This document shows positions 28,259 to 38,747 of a stretch of 64,000 nt of DNA, in pieces. The position numbers and the translations under genes were made by a program. Under the pieces are notes generated by a model that did not search any database, was not told the DNA's origin, and saw only the letters and a program-made list of their open reading frames with translations. The DNA lies in the NCBI GenBank assembly GCA_040389365.1, contig JAZKAB010000003.1:7357-71356 (forward strand), written 5' to 3'. Source of the DNA: Patescibacteria group bacterium (lineage in GTDB: Bacteria > Patescibacteriota > Minisyncoccia > Phycocordibacterales > UBA9973). How positions within the stretch are numbered: position 1 is the stretch's first letter; each line of letters begins with the position of its first letter.

Positions 28259-29311
28259 ATGAGCAAAGACTATTATGAGATTTTGGGCGTCTCAAAGACT
28301 GCATCGAAAGATGAAATAAAGAAGGCCTTCCACAAGCTTGCCCATAAGCACCATCCGGACAAGAATGGCGGGGACGACAAGAAGTTCAAGGAGGCAAATG
28401 AGGCATACCAAGTGCTTTCTGATGACAGCAAGCGAGCGCAGTATGACCAGTTCGGTTCAGCCGGCCCAAGCATGGGCGGAGGCGGGCAAGGTGGCGGTTT
28501 CGAAGGCTTCGACTTTTCTCAATTCACCCAGGGCGGCTTCGACATGGGAGATATTTTTGGCGATCTGTTTGGCGGAGGCGGCCGACGCAGCCAGCGCGGC
28601 GCAGACTTGCAGACAAGCATTAGTCTTGATTTCAAAGACGCTGTCTTTGGCGTTGAAAAGGAAATTCGCATTACAAAACCTTCAGCCTGCAATACCTGTC
28701 ACGGCAATGGTGCAGAGCCTGGCACTGAATTGCATACCTGCGACAACTGCAAGGGCAGCGGCGTGATCAAGACAGTGCAGCGTACCATCTTGGGCTCTAT
28801 TGCAACAAATCAGGTCTGTCCTAAATGCGATGGCTCTGGAAAGATTCCAAAAGTTGCATGCCATACCTGCAAGGGCAAGGGTGTTGTTAACGAAGCGCGC
28901 ACTATCAAAATATCAGTTCCGTCTGGCATTCAGAACGGAGAAACATTGCGATTGCATGAAATGGGCGAAGCGATGAAGGGCTCGCCCTCGGGCGACTTGT
29001 ATGTGCGCATTCTCGTTGCGCCGCACAAGACAATCGTTCGGCAGCAGTATGATCTTGTTTCAAGCTTGAATATCAAGCTCACCGATGCATTGCTCGGAGC
29101 AGAGCATGTTGTTGAAACGCTTGACGGTCCGGTCAAGGCAACTATTCCTGCTGGTACAAAAGTCGGCGATACGGTAACATTGAAGCAGCACGGCGTGCCG
29201 CATGGTTCAAAGCGTGGCAACTTTATTATCAAACTAAACATAACTCTTCCAGAAAAGCTTTCAAAGCACGCAAAGGAAATGATTGAAGCGCTTAAGAAAG
29301 AGGGACTCTAA
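28259..29311 (+). CDS. dnaJ: chaperone DnaJ (type I: J domain, G/F region, 4x CxxCxGxG zinc finger)
   Basis: HPD motif (HKHHPDKN), four CxxCxGxG repeats, and a C-terminal substrate-binding domain. Confidence 0.9.
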   Translation: MSKDYYEILGVSKTASKDEIKKAFHKLAHKHHPDKNGGDDKKFKEANEAYQVLSDDSKRAQYDQFGSAGPSMGGGGQGGGFEGFDFSQFTQGGFDMGDIFGDLFGGGGRRSQRGADLQTSISLDFKDAVFGVEKEIRITKPSACNTCHGNGAEPGTELHTCDNCKGSGVIKTVQRTILGSIATNQVCPKCDGSGKIPKVACHTCKGKGVVNEARTIKISVPSGIQNGETLRLHEMGEAMKGSPSGDLYVRILVAPHKTIVRQQYDLVSSLNIKLTDALLGAEHVVETLDGPVKATIPAGTKVGDTVTLKQHGVPHGSKRGNFIIKLNITLPEKLSKHAKEMIEALKKEGL

Positions 29312-29312
29312 T

Positions 29313-30779
29313 ATGGCATCTATTGAAGAACTACGGTCTGACCGATTAAAAAAGAAAACGCTGCTTGAAGAAAAAGGCATCAACCCTTATCCTGCAGACA
29401 CCGGCCGCACCGATACCATTGCTGCGTTTATTGCAGCCTTTGCCACCTACGAGTCGCAGAAAAATACTGTTGCATTGGCGGGACGCATCATGAGCAAGCG
29501 CGGGCAGGGCGGCATAACGTTCTGCGATCTGTATGACGGTACGGGACGAATACAGGCCTTTTTCAAGGCAGATGAGATGGATGCTGCAGCGTACGAGCTG
29601 TTTAACGATACTATTGATATCGGCGACTTTGTTACTATAACCGGCACGGCATACACAACGCAGCGCGGGGCTCAGAGCATTTTTGTCAGCGACTGGAAGA
29701 TGCTAACAAAAAGCCTGCTGCCTATTCCTGACGCGCACTATGGCATGAAGGATGAAGAAGAGCGTTTCAGGAAGCGATACCTTGATATTCTGATGAATGA
29801 AGAGGTGAAGGATATTGTCTACAAGCGTTCTATTTTTTGGAATACGATTCGCCAGTACTTGCTTGAAAAGTCTTTTGTTGAAGTTGAGACGCCGATCCTA
29901 GAAAACACGACAGGCGGCGCTGATGCGCGCCCATTTATTACGCACCACAACGCGCTCGACATCGATGTCTTTCTTCGTATTTCAGCAGGAGAGCTATGGC
30001 AGAAGAAGCTGCTTGTGGCAGGCATTCCTCGCACCTTTGAAATTGGCAGAATTTTTCGAAATGAAGGCATTTCAAACGAGCACCTGCAGGATTATACGCA
30101 GCTTGAATACTACATGGCATACAGCGACTATGTTGAGGGTATGGAGATGACGAAAGAACTCTATTGCCTTATCGCGCAGAAGACATTCGGCAAGACAGTC
30201 TTTAGCATTCGCGGGTATGAGGTAGATTTTGACAAGGAATGGGAAATCTATGATTTCGTGAAAGTAATTGAAGACAATTACGGCATCAATGCGCTTGATA
30301 CAACCCTTGAAGCCATTGAGGCAGCGCTTAAGAAGCACGACATCGCATACGATCCTAAGGGCATGAACGTTGAACGAGGCGTTGATCTTCTTTGGAAAAA
30401 AGTGCGCAAGACATTGTCTGGCCCAGGCTTCCTAATCAATGTGCCGGTATACCTTGAACCGCTTGCAAAGCGCAGTCGCACTAACGGCCAAACGGTGGAA
30501 CGCTTTCAGGTTATTCTGGCTGGCAGCGAAATGGGCAAGGGCTTTAGCGAGCTCAATGATCCTGTTGACCAGCGCTCACGATTCGAGCATCAGCAGGCAT
30601 TGCGCGATGCAGGGGACGACGAGGCGCAGATGGCCGATATGGAGTTCGTAGAGGCACTGGAGCACGGCATGCCGCCAGCATTCGGCTTTGGCCTCTCTGA
30701 GCGACTGTTTAGCTTCCTGATGGACAAGCCAGTGCGAGAAGCGCAGATTTTCCCGCTGATGCGACCAAAAAGCGAATAA
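29313..30779 (+). CDS. lysS: lysine--tRNA ligase (class II)
   Basis: OB-fold N-terminus and class II motifs (FRNEGIS, GGAGIGLSERL..). Start MASIEELRSDRL at 29313. Confidence 0.85.
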   Translation: MASIEELRSDRLKKKTLLEEKGINPYPADTGRTDTIAAFIAAFATYESQKNTVALAGRIMSKRGQGGITFCDLYDGTGRIQAFFKADEMDAAAYELFNDTIDIGDFVTITGTAYTTQRGAQSIFVSDWKMLTKSLLPIPDAHYGMKDEEERFRKRYLDILMNEEVKDIVYKRSIFWNTIRQYLLEKSFVEVETPILENTTGGADARPFITHHNALDIDVFLRISAGELWQKKLLVAGIPRTFEIGRIFRNEGISNEHLQDYTQLEYYMAYSDYVEGMEMTKELYCLIAQKTFGKTVFSIRGYEVDFDKEWEIYDFVKVIEDNYGINALDTTLEAIEAALKKHDIAYDPKGMNVERGVDLLWKKVRKTLSGPGFLINVPVYLEPLAKRSRTNGQTVERFQVILAGSEMGKGFSELNDPVDQRSRFEHQQALRDAGDDEAQMADMEFVEALEHGMPPAFGFGLSERLFSFLMDKPVREAQIFPLMRPKSE

Positions 30780-30781
30780 AT

Positions 30782-30806
30782 AAAAGCCCTTATCGGGCTT
30801 TTATTG
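30782..30806 (+). terminator. rho-independent terminator AAAAGCCCTTATCGGGCTTTT
   Basis: Hairpin plus T-run after lysS. Confidence 0.65.
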
Positions 30807-30849
30807 TTTCTTGTGTTTTTCTTGATAGAGGAGGTGATATACTCTTTGT

Positions 30850-31224
30850 ATGAAGAAGTTGAGCAAGACAACTAAGATGGAATCAGACATTGCAGAGATC
30901 AAAGGGCTCGTGTTGCACCTGGTTAAGAAGGTTGATGCTCATGATGCTAGATTTGACCGACTGGAAGAAAAACTAGACCTATCTGTTTCGGAGCTAGCCA
31001 AGGCAACCGCAAAGGGGTTTGAAGCCGTGGATATTCGCTTTGAGCGAGTTGAAAGCCGACTTGAAAAGGTTGAAAACAGATTAGAGAATGTAGAATCTGA
31101 AGTGAAGGGCATTCGATTTGAAATGAATGAAGGGTTTAAGCAAAACCGCCTTGAAATACTAGATGTGCTTGAAAACTATGTGCGCAAAGACGAGCTAAGC
31201 AAGCTTGTGCTCGGTTCGGCTTAG
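30850..31224 (+). CDS. hypothetical coiled-coil protein, 124 aa
   Basis: Heptad-like repeats (RFDRLEEKLD...RFERVESRLEKVENRLENVESEV). Confidence 0.4.
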   Translation: MKKLSKTTKMESDIAEIKGLVLHLVKKVDAHDARFDRLEEKLDLSVSELAKATAKGFEAVDIRFERVESRLEKVENRLENVESEVKGIRFEMNEGFKQNRLEILDVLENYVRKDELSKLVLGSA

Positions 31225-31225
31225 C

Positions 31226-32596
31226 TTATTGCAGCGTTGTTCCTGCTGCAGTATCAAGCACTTCATACCCTAATCCTTCAAGCTGCTTTCGCAGCTCGTC
31301 AGACTTCGCAAAGTCTTTTACTGAGCGAGCGTTATCGCGCGCTTCAACAAGCAGCTGCGCTTCGGGAGAGATAGAAAACTTCTGCACTGTGTCGAGATTC
31401 AATCCTAATACCGTATCAAAGCACAGGAGCGTAGCCCACGTGTCTTCTTCAGAAACAGCATTGTCTGCAAGCAGTTCCCATACGGTTGCCAATGCTTTGG
31501 CGGTATTTATATCTTCAGACAGGCCTTCTATAAAGGTCTTTTTATATGCCTCGTTGATGGTGCCGATTTCAGCATGGTGCGCGGCAAACTTCTCGAGCTT
31601 CTTAAGCTGCTGTGCGGCAACTTCCAAAGAGTCCCAGGTAAAGTTCAGGGGCTTTCGGTAGCTTGTTTGCATGAACATGAGGCGAGTCGCGAGCGGGTTG
31701 AACTTGCGCGCAGTTATGTCATCCAGCGTGTAGAAATTCTGCTTGCTCTTTGACATCTTTTCTCCCTCAACGTTCAGGAAGTCATGGTGTATCCAGTATC
31801 GTACGAACTGCTTGTGCGTTGCGCATTCGCTCTGCGCAATTTCGTTTTCATGATGTACGGGAATATGGTCAATGCCGCCTGTATGTATGTCGATAGTTTC
31901 TCCAAGATAGTGCATGGCCATGGCTGAACACTCAATATGCCAGCCGGGAAAGCCTTCGCCCCATGGGCTTGGCCAGTACATGGCATGGTCTACAAACTTG
32001 CCAACACGCTTGAACCACAGAGAGAAGTCTGCAGGGTTTTTCTTGTCAGGGTCGATCACAACCTCATCGCGTACTGCTGTTTCCTTGTCGCTGAGCTTTT
32101 GGCCTGAAAGCTCGCCGTAGTGTTCGTCTTTGGTGACGTCAAAATAGATTGCATGAGATGTTTCGTATGCAATGCCTTCTGCCAAGAGCTTCTCAACGAG
32201 CGCAATCATTTGCGGGATATGGTCAGTTGCCTTTGCTTCAATGACGGGCGGCAATACGTTAACAGCTGCCATGGTGTTGTGGAAATAGTCAGTATAGAAC
32301 TGTGCCACACCCCATACGGTCTTTCCCTCGCTCTGCGCCTTCTTCTCAAACTTGTCGTCCCCGGTATCAGAGTCGTTGGTTAGGTGGCCTACGTCGGTGA
32401 TATTCATGACATGCTGTACGTCATAGCCAATCAAGGCTAGTGTGCGGCGCACGATATCATCGCCAATGTACTTTCGCATATGGCCGATGTGCGTGTAGTC
32501 ATAGACTGTCGGGCCGCAGGCATACATTGTCACCACCCCTTCTTGTAAGGGCGCAAATGCTTCTATAGATCGTGACTTGGTATTGTAGAGCTTCAT
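31226..32596 (-). CDS. cysS: cysteine--tRNA ligase
   Basis: HIGH (CGPTVYDYTHIGHMR) and KMSKS motifs. 456 aa. Confidence 0.9.
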   Translation of the reverse strand: MKLYNTKSRSIEAFAPLQEGVVTMYACGPTVYDYTHIGHMRKYIGDDIVRRTLALIGYDVQHVMNITDVGHLTNDSDTGDDKFEKKAQSEGKTVWGVAQFYTDYFHNTMAAVNVLPPVIEAKATDHIPQMIALVEKLLAEGIAYETSHAIYFDVTKDEHYGELSGQKLSDKETAVRDEVVIDPDKKNPADFSLWFKRVGKFVDHAMYWPSPWGEGFPGWHIECSAMAMHYLGETIDIHTGGIDHIPVHHENEIAQSECATHKQFVRYWIHHDFLNVEGEKMSKSKQNFYTLDDITARKFNPLATRLMFMQTSYRKPLNFTWDSLEVAAQQLKKLEKFAAHHAEIGTINEAYKKTFIEGLSEDINTAKALATVWELLADNAVSEEDTWATLLCFDTVLGLNLDTVQKFSISPEAQLLVEARDNARSVKDFAKSDELRKQLEGLGYEVLDTAAGTTLQ

Positions 32597-33387
32597 ATAA
32601 GGAGGGTTGAGATAGTGAGAAGGATAATAATGATACTGAGGATAATAAGCGATGTGAGACGAGCATTGTTCTTTGCCGTCAGGTGCGAGGCATTGGCGCG
32701 CTGCAGGGAATTGAGCAGCAGGTGCTCAGCTTCTATCTTGCTGCAGGCAACCTCATGCTCTGTACTGATGCGACCCGCAATGGCAAGAGCATCTTCTCCA
32801 AAGCATTGCATGCAGGCTGCGCTATATGCTGCAAGTATTGGCCGATGGGAGTCAATCGACTGCTTGAACGACAAGAGCGTGCGGTCTGTCTGAAAGATGC
32901 CCTTAAGCAGCTGTTCTGCATTGGTGTTGAGCAGCGCATGCTCAATGGTACGGACGCGATTGGAAATATGCGACAGGTCTTTGAGTGCGATGGCATAGAC
33001 ATGCTTCATAAGCTCGGCAAAGAGCATGGCACCATCTGTTGGGATCTGATGGTATTCCGGCTTCTCAACATGCTCAAACAGGCTGCCAAAGGCCTTTATA
33101 GCCTCTATGCTGCCAGCATGGGCCGTTATCAGGAACTTCCTGCCGACAATGACCGTTAAGGGGTGTACTGACACCATGGTGCCATTGCTGCTGATACGGG
33201 GAATAGGGAGGTGGATAGAAATGCAATGCTCATATGCTTCAACTGTTTTCAGGGGACTTTCTGAGAATAGTGCCTCTTCAATATGCTTGGCCAGGCCAAA
33301 TTCTTCGCTCAAATGCAGCATTTCTTCCCGAGTTGGCGATTCGAGGTCAATCCAGGCAAGCCCGTGGTAGGTATAGCGGGAAATCAT
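32593..33387 (-). CDS. CorA-like Mg/Co transporter homolog truncated after TM1 (no GMN motif or TM2), 264 aa
   Basis: The N-terminal domain and a single C-terminal TM align with CorA up to NNARLTSLIILSIIIILLTIST (CorA: NKTNEVMKVLTIIATIFMPLT). The ORF stops where YGMNF should follow, overlapping the cysS start. Confidence 0.5.
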   Translation of the reverse strand: MISRYTYHGLAWIDLESPTREEMLHLSEEFGLAKHIEEALFSESPLKTVEAYEHCISIHLPIPRISSNGTMVSVHPLTVIVGRKFLITAHAGSIEAIKAFGSLFEHVEKPEYHQIPTDGAMLFAELMKHVYAIALKDLSHISNRVRTIEHALLNTNAEQLLKGIFQTDRTLLSFKQSIDSHRPILAAYSAACMQCFGEDALAIAGRISTEHEVACSKIEAEHLLLNSLQRANASHLTAKNNARLTSLIILSIIIILLTISTLLI

Positions 33388-33477
33388 TGTAGGTAGTGTA
33401 CCATTTTTCCATTCTTTATCTACCGGCTTGCAAAATATAGGGAAAAGGGTATACTATTGGCTCATAAATCTAAATCT

Positions 33478-33834
33478 ATGGCAACAGCAAAAAAACCAAC
33501 AAAATCAGTATCTGAAGACACATTCGCCGTTATCAAGACAGGCGGAAAGCAGTATCGCGTAGCGGTAGGCGACACGATCACTATCGAGAAGTTCAAGGAC
33601 GAAAGCAAGAAGGGTGATACAGTATCTTTTGACGAAGTATTGCTCGTAGACGATGGTGCAATGACAAACATCGGTACGCCATTGCTTTCAGGCATTGTAG
33701 TTTCAGGAGAAGTTGTTGTCGTAGGACGCGCTCCAAAGGTAACCGTTATCAAGTATAAGCAGAAAAGCCGATACATGAAGAAGAACGGGCACCGACAGCC
33801 ATACATCAAGGTGAAGATCACTGCGATTGCATAA
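33478..33834 (+). CDS. rplU: 50S ribosomal protein bL21 with a ~20-aa N-terminal extension
   Basis: FAVIKTGGKQYRVAVGD core. ATG MATAKK at 33478; the track TTG at 33457 is less likely. Confidence 0.8.
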   Translation: MATAKKPTKSVSEDTFAVIKTGGKQYRVAVGDTITIEKFKDESKKGDTVSFDEVLLVDDGAMTNIGTPLLSGIVVSGEVVVVGRAPKVTVIKYKQKSRYMKKNGHRQPYIKVKITAIA

Positions 33835-33835
33835 T

Positions 33836-33868
33836 AAAAAAAGACCCCTATGGGGTCTTTTTTTTTAT
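33836..33868. terminator. bidirectional terminator AAAAAAGACCCCTATGGGGTCTTTTTTTTT between convergent rplU and recR
   Basis: Perfect hairpin flanked by A-run and T-run. Confidence 0.7.
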
Positions 33869-34461
33869 TCTCGCTTTTTCAATGATGCTTCTAATGATGC
33901 AGGATCTGCATACTCGAGCTCGGCTCCAGTTGAAAGGCCTCGGCCTAGCGTGCTGATAACGATGGTTCCTTGAGCTGGAGCAAGCAGCTCGCGAAGCGCG
34001 CTGTCAGTATGCTCGCCGTTTGGAGTAATTGGAAAGGCCAGAATGATTTCTTCGATAGCAGATTCTTTTTGCATGCGGTCAATAAGTTTTTGAGCATTGG
34101 TGCCCTGAATAATATCTTTTTGCACGATTGGGATAAGACCCCCCAATACAAAGAAAAGACCGTTGTAGTCAGTCCTGCTAAAGCTTTCGATATCCTGGCT
34201 TTTTTCAACAACCAATACCTTGCCCTGGTCTCGATGCTCATCGCTGCAAATGCTGCACAGTCCTGGTACGCCTTCGAAAATGCGAAGACAACGGCTGCAG
34301 GTATTGGCATGGGCGCGTGCTGCAACAAGGGCACGAGAAAGGGAATCAACGTAGCCTTCTTGCTGGGTAAGGATGAAGTATGCGAAACGACGCGCTTGGC
34401 GGTCGCCAATACCCGGGAATTTCAAGAAGAGCTTTGCAAGACGATCAACTGAGTCATTCAT
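33865..34461 (-). CDS. recR: recombination protein RecR
   Basis: HhH N-terminus (LAKLFLKFPGIGDRQARRFAYFIL), C4 zinc finger (CSRC..CSIC) and a Toprim domain. Confidence 0.85.
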   Translation of the reverse strand: MNDSVDRLAKLFLKFPGIGDRQARRFAYFILTQQEGYVDSLSRALVAARAHANTCSRCLRIFEGVPGLCSICSDEHRDQGKVLVVEKSQDIESFSRTDYNGLFFVLGGLIPIVQKDIIQGTNAQKLIDRMQKESAIEEIILAFPITPNGEHTDSALRELLAPAQGTIVISTLGRGLSTGAELEYADPASLEASLKKRE

Positions 34462-34464
34462 AGA

Positions 34465-35850
34465 TTAAAAATCGTCTAGAGAGGCAGCCTTTGCAGGAGG
34501 CATGTGCGCCTTGTCCATGTTAAGGAACGAGGTTGTCTTGCCGTCAAACATGAGCTGCACCATGCCAACTGCACCGTTTCGGTGCTTTTCGATAAGGATT
34601 TCGGTAATGTTGTCCTTCTCGTGCTGCTCCTTGTAGCGGTCTTCGCGGTGAATAAACATCACCAAGTCGGCGTCTTGCTCGATGGAACCAGAGTCTCGAA
34701 GGTCAGACAGGCGAGGGCGGCCGCCACGCGATTCAACCGCACGAGACAGCTGCGATAGCGCCAATACCGGCACATCAAGCTCGCGGGCCAGCTGCTTCAA
34801 TGAGCGGGAGATTTCTGTCACCTGGTTAACCATGTTGTCATAGCTCTTGCTGGTAGTCATAAGCTGCAGATAGTCGATAACGATAAGGCCAAGGCCTTGC
34901 TCGCTCTTCAAGCGGCGCGCAACGGCACGCATCTTAACGATTGAGTTTCCGGCCTGGTCATCAATATAGATAGGCGCCTTTTGCAGGCGGCTGGCTGCTT
35001 CCTGAAGGGCCGTGAAGTGGCCTGGATTAAGGCCGTGACCAGTACGAATGCTCCAGGCATCAACGCGACTCTCAGCTGAGAGCATGCGCTGTACGAGCTG
35101 CTGGGCGCTCATTTCCAATGAGAAGATGCCGACAGGAATACCAGACAAGGCTACGTTTCGCGCCATATCAAGTGCAAATGTCGTCTTTCCCATAGAAGGT
35201 CGAGCGGCTAGGATAATAAGGTCAGACTTTTGCAGTCCGGCAGTCATAGCATCAAGGTCAGCATAGCCAGTTGGCACGCCACGAATCTCGCCCTGGTTTT
35301 CGCTCAGGCGAATAGTCTGCTCCATAGTCTCAATCAATGAAGACTTGATAGAGACGAAGGCATTTTTAACATTCATGCCTGAAGAGATGCGGAAAATGCT
35401 TTTCTCGGCAGTATCAAGAATGTCGGCAACTTCCATTTCGTTCTGGTCATAGGCAATTGTAGCAATGCTTTCTGAGGCATCGATAAGGGAACGAAGAATG
35501 TATTTCTTGTATACGATATCAGCATAGTGCTTGATATTGATGGTTGAAGGCACGTTGCCCATCAGTTCGTTCAGATAGGCATTGCCGCCGATCTCATCAA
35601 GGCATTTCTTCTCCTTCAGCTTGGCTGCAACAGACAATACGTCGATCGGCTCGTTTTTTAAAGACAGCTCGGTAATGGTCTTGTACAGGATGTGATGCTT
35701 TTTAGCATAAAACATTTCCGGAATAAGCAGGTCGACGATGTCATGGATGGCTGCAGGGCGCAGCATCAGCGCGCCAAGTACAGCCTGCTCGGCTTCTAGG
35801 TCGTGCGGGGGAATGCGAAGTGTCGCTGGTGCTCCAGGAGTCTTGTTCAT
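34465..35850 (-). CDS. dnaB: replicative DNA helicase DnaB (no intein)
   Basis: N-terminus PPHDLEAEQAVLGALML and Walker A GARPSMGKTTFAL. Start MNKTPGAPA at 35850. Confidence 0.9.
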   Translation of the reverse strand: MNKTPGAPATLRIPPHDLEAEQAVLGALMLRPAAIHDIVDLLIPEMFYAKKHHILYKTITELSLKNEPIDVLSVAAKLKEKKCLDEIGGNAYLNELMGNVPSTINIKHYADIVYKKYILRSLIDASESIATIAYDQNEMEVADILDTAEKSIFRISSGMNVKNAFVSIKSSLIETMEQTIRLSENQGEIRGVPTGYADLDAMTAGLQKSDLIILAARPSMGKTTFALDMARNVALSGIPVGIFSLEMSAQQLVQRMLSAESRVDAWSIRTGHGLNPGHFTALQEAASRLQKAPIYIDDQAGNSIVKMRAVARRLKSEQGLGLIVIDYLQLMTTSKSYDNMVNQVTEISRSLKQLARELDVPVLALSQLSRAVESRGGRPRLSDLRDSGSIEQDADLVMFIHREDRYKEQHEKDNITEILIEKHRNGAVGMVQLMFDGKTTSFLNMDKAHMPPAKAASLDDF

Positions 35851-35945
35851 TGGCTTTATTGTAGCACTAATACACTGCCAGAAAAAATAAGCAGTATTCC
35901 ACCTCCGACCTTCCAAAAGCCCTTATATTTTGGTATGATATCCCC

Positions 35946-36917
35946 ATGGAATCCCCAAAACCTCGCCTCGTGTCAGGCGTTAAGCCGACCGGCCGCATTC
36001 ATGTTGGAAATTATTTTGGCGCTATCAAGCAGTTTATTGATATGCAGAACGACTATGACGCATTCGTCTTCTTGCCGAATTTGCATGCATTGACTGAAAA
36101 CGTGCTGACAAAAGAGGAATTATTGGAACATACCAATAACGCTGTGTTGGACTATCTCGGCGCAGGCCTTGATCCCGAGAAGGTCACCTTCTTCAAGCAG
36201 TCAGACATTATGGCCCATGCAAACCTTGCATGGGTATTGGACTGTCTGGTGACGGTACCATATTTGATGCGCGCTCATGCGTATAAGGATGCAGAGGCGA
36301 AGGGCAAGGAAATAACTGCCGGAACGTTTATGTACCCGGTATTGATGGCAGCAGATATTCTTTTGTATGATGCAAATGTCGTGCCGGTTGGCAGCGACCA
36401 GAAGCAGCATGTTGAATATGCGCGCGATATCGCTATGAAGTTCAATCATCAGTATGGCGAGCACTTTGTTATTCCTGAGCCGTTGATTCAGGAGGCAACT
36501 GGCATCGTGCCGGGCGTTGACGGCCGCAAGATGTCAAAGAGTTATGGCAATACAATTCCATTGTTTGGCACTGACGAAGAAATCACCAAAGCAGTTATGA
36601 CAGTAGTGACTGACTCTCGAGAAAGGAATGAAGTGAAGAATCCTGACGAGCTGGTGCTGTACCAGATTCATAAGCTATTTAATGCAGATCCTGAATTGCG
36701 CGACCAGTATACGCAAGGTCTAGGGTATGGCGATGCGAAGAAAATGCTAGCAGCAGACATTATCAAATATGTAACGCCAATGAGAGAGCGCCGCGCGCAG
36801 TTTGCTGCTAATCCGAAGCTGGTTGAGCAGATCTTGGTGCAGGGTGCATTCAAGGCCAATGACGCGGCAATGAAGAAGATCTTTGACGTGTACGAGGCGG
36901 TGGGGTTGACGCAATAA
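35946..36917 (+). CDS. trpS: tryptophan--tRNA ligase
   Basis: VSGVKPTGRIHVGNY (HIGH-like) and KMSKS. TATGAT -10 6 nt upstream of the ATG. Confidence 0.85.
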   Translation: MESPKPRLVSGVKPTGRIHVGNYFGAIKQFIDMQNDYDAFVFLPNLHALTENVLTKEELLEHTNNAVLDYLGAGLDPEKVTFFKQSDIMAHANLAWVLDCLVTVPYLMRAHAYKDAEAKGKEITAGTFMYPVLMAADILLYDANVVPVGSDQKQHVEYARDIAMKFNHQYGEHFVIPEPLIQEATGIVPGVDGRKMSKSYGNTIPLFGTDEEITKAVMTVVTDSRERNEVKNPDELVLYQIHKLFNADPELRDQYTQGLGYGDAKKMLAADIIKYVTPMRERRAQFAANPKLVEQILVQGAFKANDAAMKKIFDVYEAVGLTQ

Positions 36918-36918
36918 T

Positions 36919-38745
36919 ATGGAAGATGAAATAGAAGTTAACGATAATTTAAGAGATACTTTTTCAACCGCTAAAAGAGCGGTTGGTTTTGCATACAAGA
37001 ATGAAAAAAGACTCGTAGTATTAACCTTTACATTCGCAATTATCTTAGCGGCTGTTGTCTATCTCCAGGCAACTTCATTTTCCAGTATTGTTAATGAAAT
37101 AGTAAGGATTAAGGAAAATAACCTGGGTATAACCAGAGACCTTATCAATCAGGCTATTCTTCTTGGGGCAACTTTTCTTGTTCCAGCAATTTTGCAAAAC
37201 TTACAGTCTCGGTTTGTAAACGAACTTTCAACAAGGCTAGGAACCCATATCGAAATGCTGCAAATTGATGCGTATTCGGCATTGGATATTGGAACTGTTG
37301 AAGGAACAGAATTTCAGACAAAGCTGCAGCGAGCAAGTAAGTGGGGAACAGGCTCAATTTGGAATGCAGCATATTATGTCCGAATGATCGCTGCAGATAT
37401 CGCAGGCTTTGTTGCATCAGGTTTAGTGTTGTTTTTCATCAATCCATATCTTGTTATCTTGGCGATTGTCGGCGCGTTGCCGTACTATTTTGTTGAAAAT
37501 ATCTATTGCCTGAAGCTATTTCTTCTGTACCATACCCATACAGACGAGAGCCGCATTGGAGGAAATAGAATGCAGTTTTTTAAAGACCCAAAAAAGCTTG
37601 TTGAGATATTGCTTTTTAACATCAAAGGATTGTTTCGAAAGCAAATCAAGGATAATTACGAAATATATGATAACAGCGTTATTAAGGTAGGGCGTCAGCA
37701 GTCCCTTGCGACATTTGGAGCAGATTTTCTTCAGATGGCATGTCTTTTCGCCGCAATTATTTTTGTCACGGTTCAAACTATTAACGGCAATTTGCTCATC
37801 GGATCATTATTTCTAGCCTTTACCGCATACAGAGGGTTTGTAAGTACAAGCCAAGGATTCTTTCAGGATTTTTCAAAGCTAGAAGAGCAGTCACGCTATG
37901 CAAAGCGATGGTTTGATATTTTTGATATTAAGTCAAAAGTTGTTTCAAAGCCTAACGCTGTAAAGCCCGCATGGCTTGTACCGCCACGCATTGAGCTAGA
38001 CAATGTGTCATTTGCCTATCCAGAAAGTGACAAGACAATTCTAAAGAATATTTCAATGACCATTGAAAGCGGAGAAAAGCTTGCAATTGTTGGGCAGAAC
38101 GGTGCAGGAAAGACTACGCTTATTAAGCTTTTATGCAGAGTATATGAACCAACAGAGGGTGCAATTCTAATTGACGGCATTAACCTAAAAGACATCGACC
38201 TAGATTATTGGAGAGAATACCTCGGCGTGCTATTCCAAGATTTCTCTAATTACAATATGACTATTAGGGAGTCTATTGCAATTGCAAAGCCAGATGAGCC
38301 GATTGATGATGAAAAGGTAGTGCTTGCAGCAGAGATGACCGATGCTGACGAATTTATTAAAGAGTTTCCAAACAAATATAACCAGCTTGTATGGAAAGGA
38401 TTTAAGGATGGCGTAGAGCTTTCAAAAGGTCAGTTTCAGCGCATGGCAGTGGCGCGTATCTTCTATAGAGATGCGGCAGTTTCAATTCTCGATGAGCCAA
38501 CATCAGCGATCGATGCTGTTGCAGAGGAAAAAATATTTGACGTGCTTGAGAAGAAAATGGCGGGCAAGACTGTAGTGCTTATTTCTCACCGCTTTAGCAC
38601 TGTTAAGAACGCTGACAAGATTGCGGTTATTGAGCATGGCGAATTGAAAGAAGTCGGGACCCATAAGTCCTTGATGGCCAAGAAAGGCAGATATGAAGAG
38701 CTTTTCAGCATGCAGGCTAACAAGTATTTAGAAACAGAAGCATAG
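36919..38745 (+). CDS. ABC exporter, fused permease-ATPase (608 aa)
   Basis: 6-TM N-terminal half; Walker A GQNGAGKTT, signature LSKGQFQRMAVAR, and Walker B ILDEPTSAID. Confidence 0.85.
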   Translation: MEDEIEVNDNLRDTFSTAKRAVGFAYKNEKRLVVLTFTFAIILAAVVYLQATSFSSIVNEIVRIKENNLGITRDLINQAILLGATFLVPAILQNLQSRFVNELSTRLGTHIEMLQIDAYSALDIGTVEGTEFQTKLQRASKWGTGSIWNAAYYVRMIAADIAGFVASGLVLFFINPYLVILAIVGALPYYFVENIYCLKLFLLYHTHTDESRIGGNRMQFFKDPKKLVEILLFNIKGLFRKQIKDNYEIYDNSVIKVGRQQSLATFGADFLQMACLFAAIIFVTVQTINGNLLIGSLFLAFTAYRGFVSTSQGFFQDFSKLEEQSRYAKRWFDIFDIKSKVVSKPNAVKPAWLVPPRIELDNVSFAYPESDKTILKNISMTIESGEKLAIVGQNGAGKTTLIKLLCRVYEPTEGAILIDGINLKDIDLDYWREYLGVLFQDFSNYNMTIRESIAIAKPDEPIDDEKVVLAAEMTDADEFIKEFPNKYNQLVWKGFKDGVELSKGQFQRMAVARIFYRDAAVSILDEPTSAIDAVAEEKIFDVLEKKMAGKTVVLISHRFSTVKNADKIAVIEHGELKEVGTHKSLMAKKGRYEELFSMQANKYLETEA

Positions 38746-38747
38746 GA

